Source: Nitrosopumilaceae archaeon
GTDB lineage: Archaea; Thermoproteota; Nitrososphaeria; Nitrososphaerales; Nitrosopumilaceae
Direction of reading: 5' to 3'
Assembly (NCBI GenBank): GCA_965208905.1
Contig: OZ242365.1
Location: 1,888,001-1,952,000 of the forward strand
DNA: 64,000 nucleotides
Position numbers and translations under genes: made by a program. Below are positions 61,688 through 64,000 of the stretch, piece by piece (the stretch's first letter is position 1; every line of letters begins with the position of its first letter). Under the pieces are notes generated by a model that did no database searches, had not been told where the DNA came from, and saw only the letters and a list, made by a program, of their open reading frames with translations.

Positions 61688-61999
61688 TCAGTCGGCACAC
61701 TCATCTAGCTCGCCAAGATTGTCTTCTTTTGTTTCATTACCCTCAGTTGTGATATAGGTTATGCCATTTAGATTGAAGTGTTTCACTTGGGCGCCGTCTT
61801 CCCATGGACCGCCTTCCTTGTTTCTTGTCCGAAAATCACTTCTGTTTTTAATATCCTCGAGAATCTCGTCTCGAGTTTTCGTCTCTATGAATGCTGACTC
61901 AGAGCCACCAGCATATATGATGCGGCACTTAACACGGATTATTTGGTGATGTTTGTTATACGTGACACATTCAATCAGATAATCGTTTGCCATTACCAA
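61688..61999 (-). CDS. DUF3892-like small protein
   Basis: G..V.....NG..YI.T..N....DNL..L. Confidence 0.75.
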   Translation of the reverse strand: MVMANDYLIECVTYNKHHQIIRVKCRIIYAGGSESAFIETKTRDEILEDIKNRSDFRTRNKEGGPWEDGAQVKHFNLNGITYITTEGNETKEDNLGELDECAD

Positions 62000-62325
62000 A
62001 AATATGGTAAACTGTCCTTTTTAACGGTTACCTGATATGGGGGTTGTAACATCTTGGAGGGATGAGGCAGTTTGGTGGGGTTGTAACAAGAGTGGGATGG
62101 GATTGGATCTCAAGATTCATAACCAAATCAGTGACAGAAAGGCGGAACTATACAAAACTAGGATGACGGCCAGACGAAGTATATGCCGCGCATGAATTTG
62201 TATATATAATACGACACCATGATTCCGAGAAATGTCCCGGATTTTATATCATATATAGATGTCTTCAGTTGATGCGCGCATTATCTTAATCCGCGCCACC
62301 AAAAACAAAAACGGTCACTGGCCCG

Positions 62326-63030
62326 TTATCCGTCCATGATCTTCAGGGAGACCGTTCTACCCACCACTACGCCCTCTTTGTTAGTTTCATCAACGGAGGT
62401 AAGGTGTGCGGGAAACTCGCTCCCGTCTCTCCTCTTCATCCATATTTTTGCCGGGTTGTGTATTCCAATTCTCCAGTTGTTCATGTTTGCGTGCAGGTTG
62501 CCCTTGCTCCTGGATGCTGTGTGCTCATACAGGCTGATTCCCACAACTTCGTCTTTCGTGTATCCCATGTTGTCCAGATAGGATTGGTTGCAGTCAATTA
62601 CTGTGCCAATGTAATCGACGGATCTGCGCAGGATGTTGGGATCCTCGTAGCCGTCTCTGGCGCCGACGTTGTACATATCCTGCAGTCTCTTGATATGGGA
62701 AAACTCCATTATGGAAGAATCTATTCCGACTATGTCGTCACCGTCGTATCTGTTTCTAAAGGTCCGCACGACGTCGATGGCATCCCCATTCCTTGCCTCT
62801 AGTTTGATCCTTATGGGGATGTTCGTCTTTTGCGATACCGTCCAGTCGACAAATGCCTTCCTGAGAGCTTCGCGGGTATCTTTTGTAGAATGCTCAAAGA
62901 GGGACTTGCCAACGATCTCTTCCACGGTATATCCAAGCCTGTCCGCATAGGCTTGGTTACAGTCTACAATCACGCCGTTCATATCCACAGAACGGTACAG
63001 TATCGGTATGGTTGCTTGTATGACTCTCAC
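62326..63030 (-). CDS. Tandem PAS-domain sensor protein
   Basis: Two repeats of RSVD..G...DCNQ.Y.D.LGYT..E.VG.SL.EH; start set at GTG 63030. Confidence 0.85.
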   Translation of the reverse strand: MRVIQATIPILYRSVDMNGVIVDCNQAYADRLGYTVEEIVGKSLFEHSTKDTREALRKAFVDWTVSQKTNIPIRIKLEARNGDAIDVVRTFRNRYDGDDIVGIDSSIMEFSHIKRLQDMYNVGARDGYEDPNILRRSVDYIGTVIDCNQSYLDNMGYTKDEVVGISLYEHTASRSKGNLHANMNNWRIGIHNPAKIWMKRRDGSEFPAHLTSVDETNKEGVVVGRTVSLKIMDG

Positions 63031-63322
63031 TATGAATAACGCGGTAGCATATGATATAAAAAGTCTTGATGCTGGGAGGATGTGTCCCACAGGAAAATAC
63101 TTTATAAAAATAGGCTTCACACCGCATCTGCAAGACACCTGCTACATCCAACATGCAACGTAGGAGAGATATTGATGTGATGGTACGCCGCGGGATGCCT
63201 TCCGTTTGGGTGTGGTCAAATCATCCGTCCTTGCAAGAGACACCAATAACAACAAAATACACCATTCCACATTTGTAAAATATGCAATGTTGTTTAAATA
63301 ACCAACACTATAATTTATAATT

Positions 63323-63661
63323 ATGACTAGATCTATCTCCCTTTTGCAGTTATTAAAGTATGACACAACACAAAAGATTCTTGTGGAGTTGGCCGATGCC
63401 GAATCAAGGTCTTTACTACTCTCAACAGTAAAGGAGGAGAAGAGTGCCGCCGAGCTCTCTGAAGAGTTACACATACCCCTCAGTTCAGTATACAAGAAAC
63501 TCTCTACATTAGTTGATCTGGCGCTCATGGAGGTGACTAGAATAGATGTAGAGCCTCGGGGAAGAAAAAAGTTCAAGTTGTACAAGAGTCGTATAGCAAA
63601 GGCAGAGATTCGTATTGAAGGATCAACGCCAGAGACCATACTAGAATTAGATCCGAATTAA
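63323..63661 (+). CDS. ArsR-like winged-HTH transcriptional regulator
   Basis: LAD..SR.LL, A.ELS.EL.IPLSSVYKKL..L..LAL. Confidence 0.85.
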   Translation: MTRSISLLQLLKYDTTQKILVELADAESRSLLLSTVKEEKSAAELSEELHIPLSSVYKKLSTLVDLALMEVTRIDVEPRGRKKFKLYKSRIAKAEIRIEGSTPETILELDPN

Positions 63662-63662
63662 A

Positions 63663-64000
63663 ATGCCAGAGAAGCCACCAATACTAAAGCTAAAAGAGTT
63701 CGATGTAACTCAAAAGATAATTGAGGCGCTTAGTAATGTATACACTCGAACCATACTCTTTTCAATAAAGGATAATGCCAAAGGAGTAAATCAGATCTCT
63801 GCAGAACTTCAAGTTTCAATATCCTCTGTATACAAGATACTAGCGCATCTAGAAGATTTGGCGCTTGTTACTGTGGAGCAGTTCTACATTGAAGATAGAA
63901 AGAAGATAAAGATGTATCGAAGTCGCATCGGTAGGGTAGAAATCTCCATATCAGGAGCAGAGCCGGAATTAAGGCTATATCCAAACTCATACAGTGATGA
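63663..64000 (+). CDS. Second paralogous winged-HTH regulator, 3'-partial
   Basis: Manual translation MPEKPPILKLKEFDVTQKIIEALSNVYTRTILF...SSVYKIL..LEDLAL..MYRSRI. Confidence 0.8.
   Translation, partial: MPEKPPILKLKEFDVTQKIIEALSNVYTRTILFSIKDNAKGVNQISAELQVSISSVYKILAHLEDLALVTVEQFYIEDRKKIKMYRSRIGRVEISISGAEPELRLYPNSYSD

Overview
Archaeal DNA, most likely a Nitrosopumilaceae/Cenarchaeum-like thaumarchaeon and possibly a host-associated symbiont. The lineage is inferred from SRP19-Gar1-TFB-SufC, an archaeal ribosomal cluster with rps4e and RNase P p29, an IPDWIK..GWW surface protein, DUF285/LVIVD repeat proteins and heavy IS load. Core blocks (10.0-15.1 kb; rpl3-rpl6 at 41.9-49.7 kb; trpEGDCBA at 50.7-56.3 kb) alternate with accessory DNA. 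A roughly 20-kb defence island (21.7-41.4 kb) carries Dcm divergent from Vsr-NurA-HerA-GHKL/histidine kinase, a UvrD-nuclease-SWIM fusion, and a complete bacterial-type type III CBASS lying between two inverted IS630 copies. The three most striking observations are in non-coding DNA. (1) Two related solo TnpB genes with intact RuvC residues are each bracketed by their own 25-bp inverted repeats, which IS200/IS605/IS607 elements normally lack. (2) A decayed IS110 has an upstream two-loop RNA whose four loop strands match the element's own CTTC-core junctions, i.e. a self-consistent archaeal bridge RNA candidate. (3) A dispersed family of iterated GTGACCT and ACC..TTTCCA(C/G)TCC motif arrays forms long inverted ends and sits at core/accessory junctions. 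All calls come from reading the sequence by eye; no searches were run.
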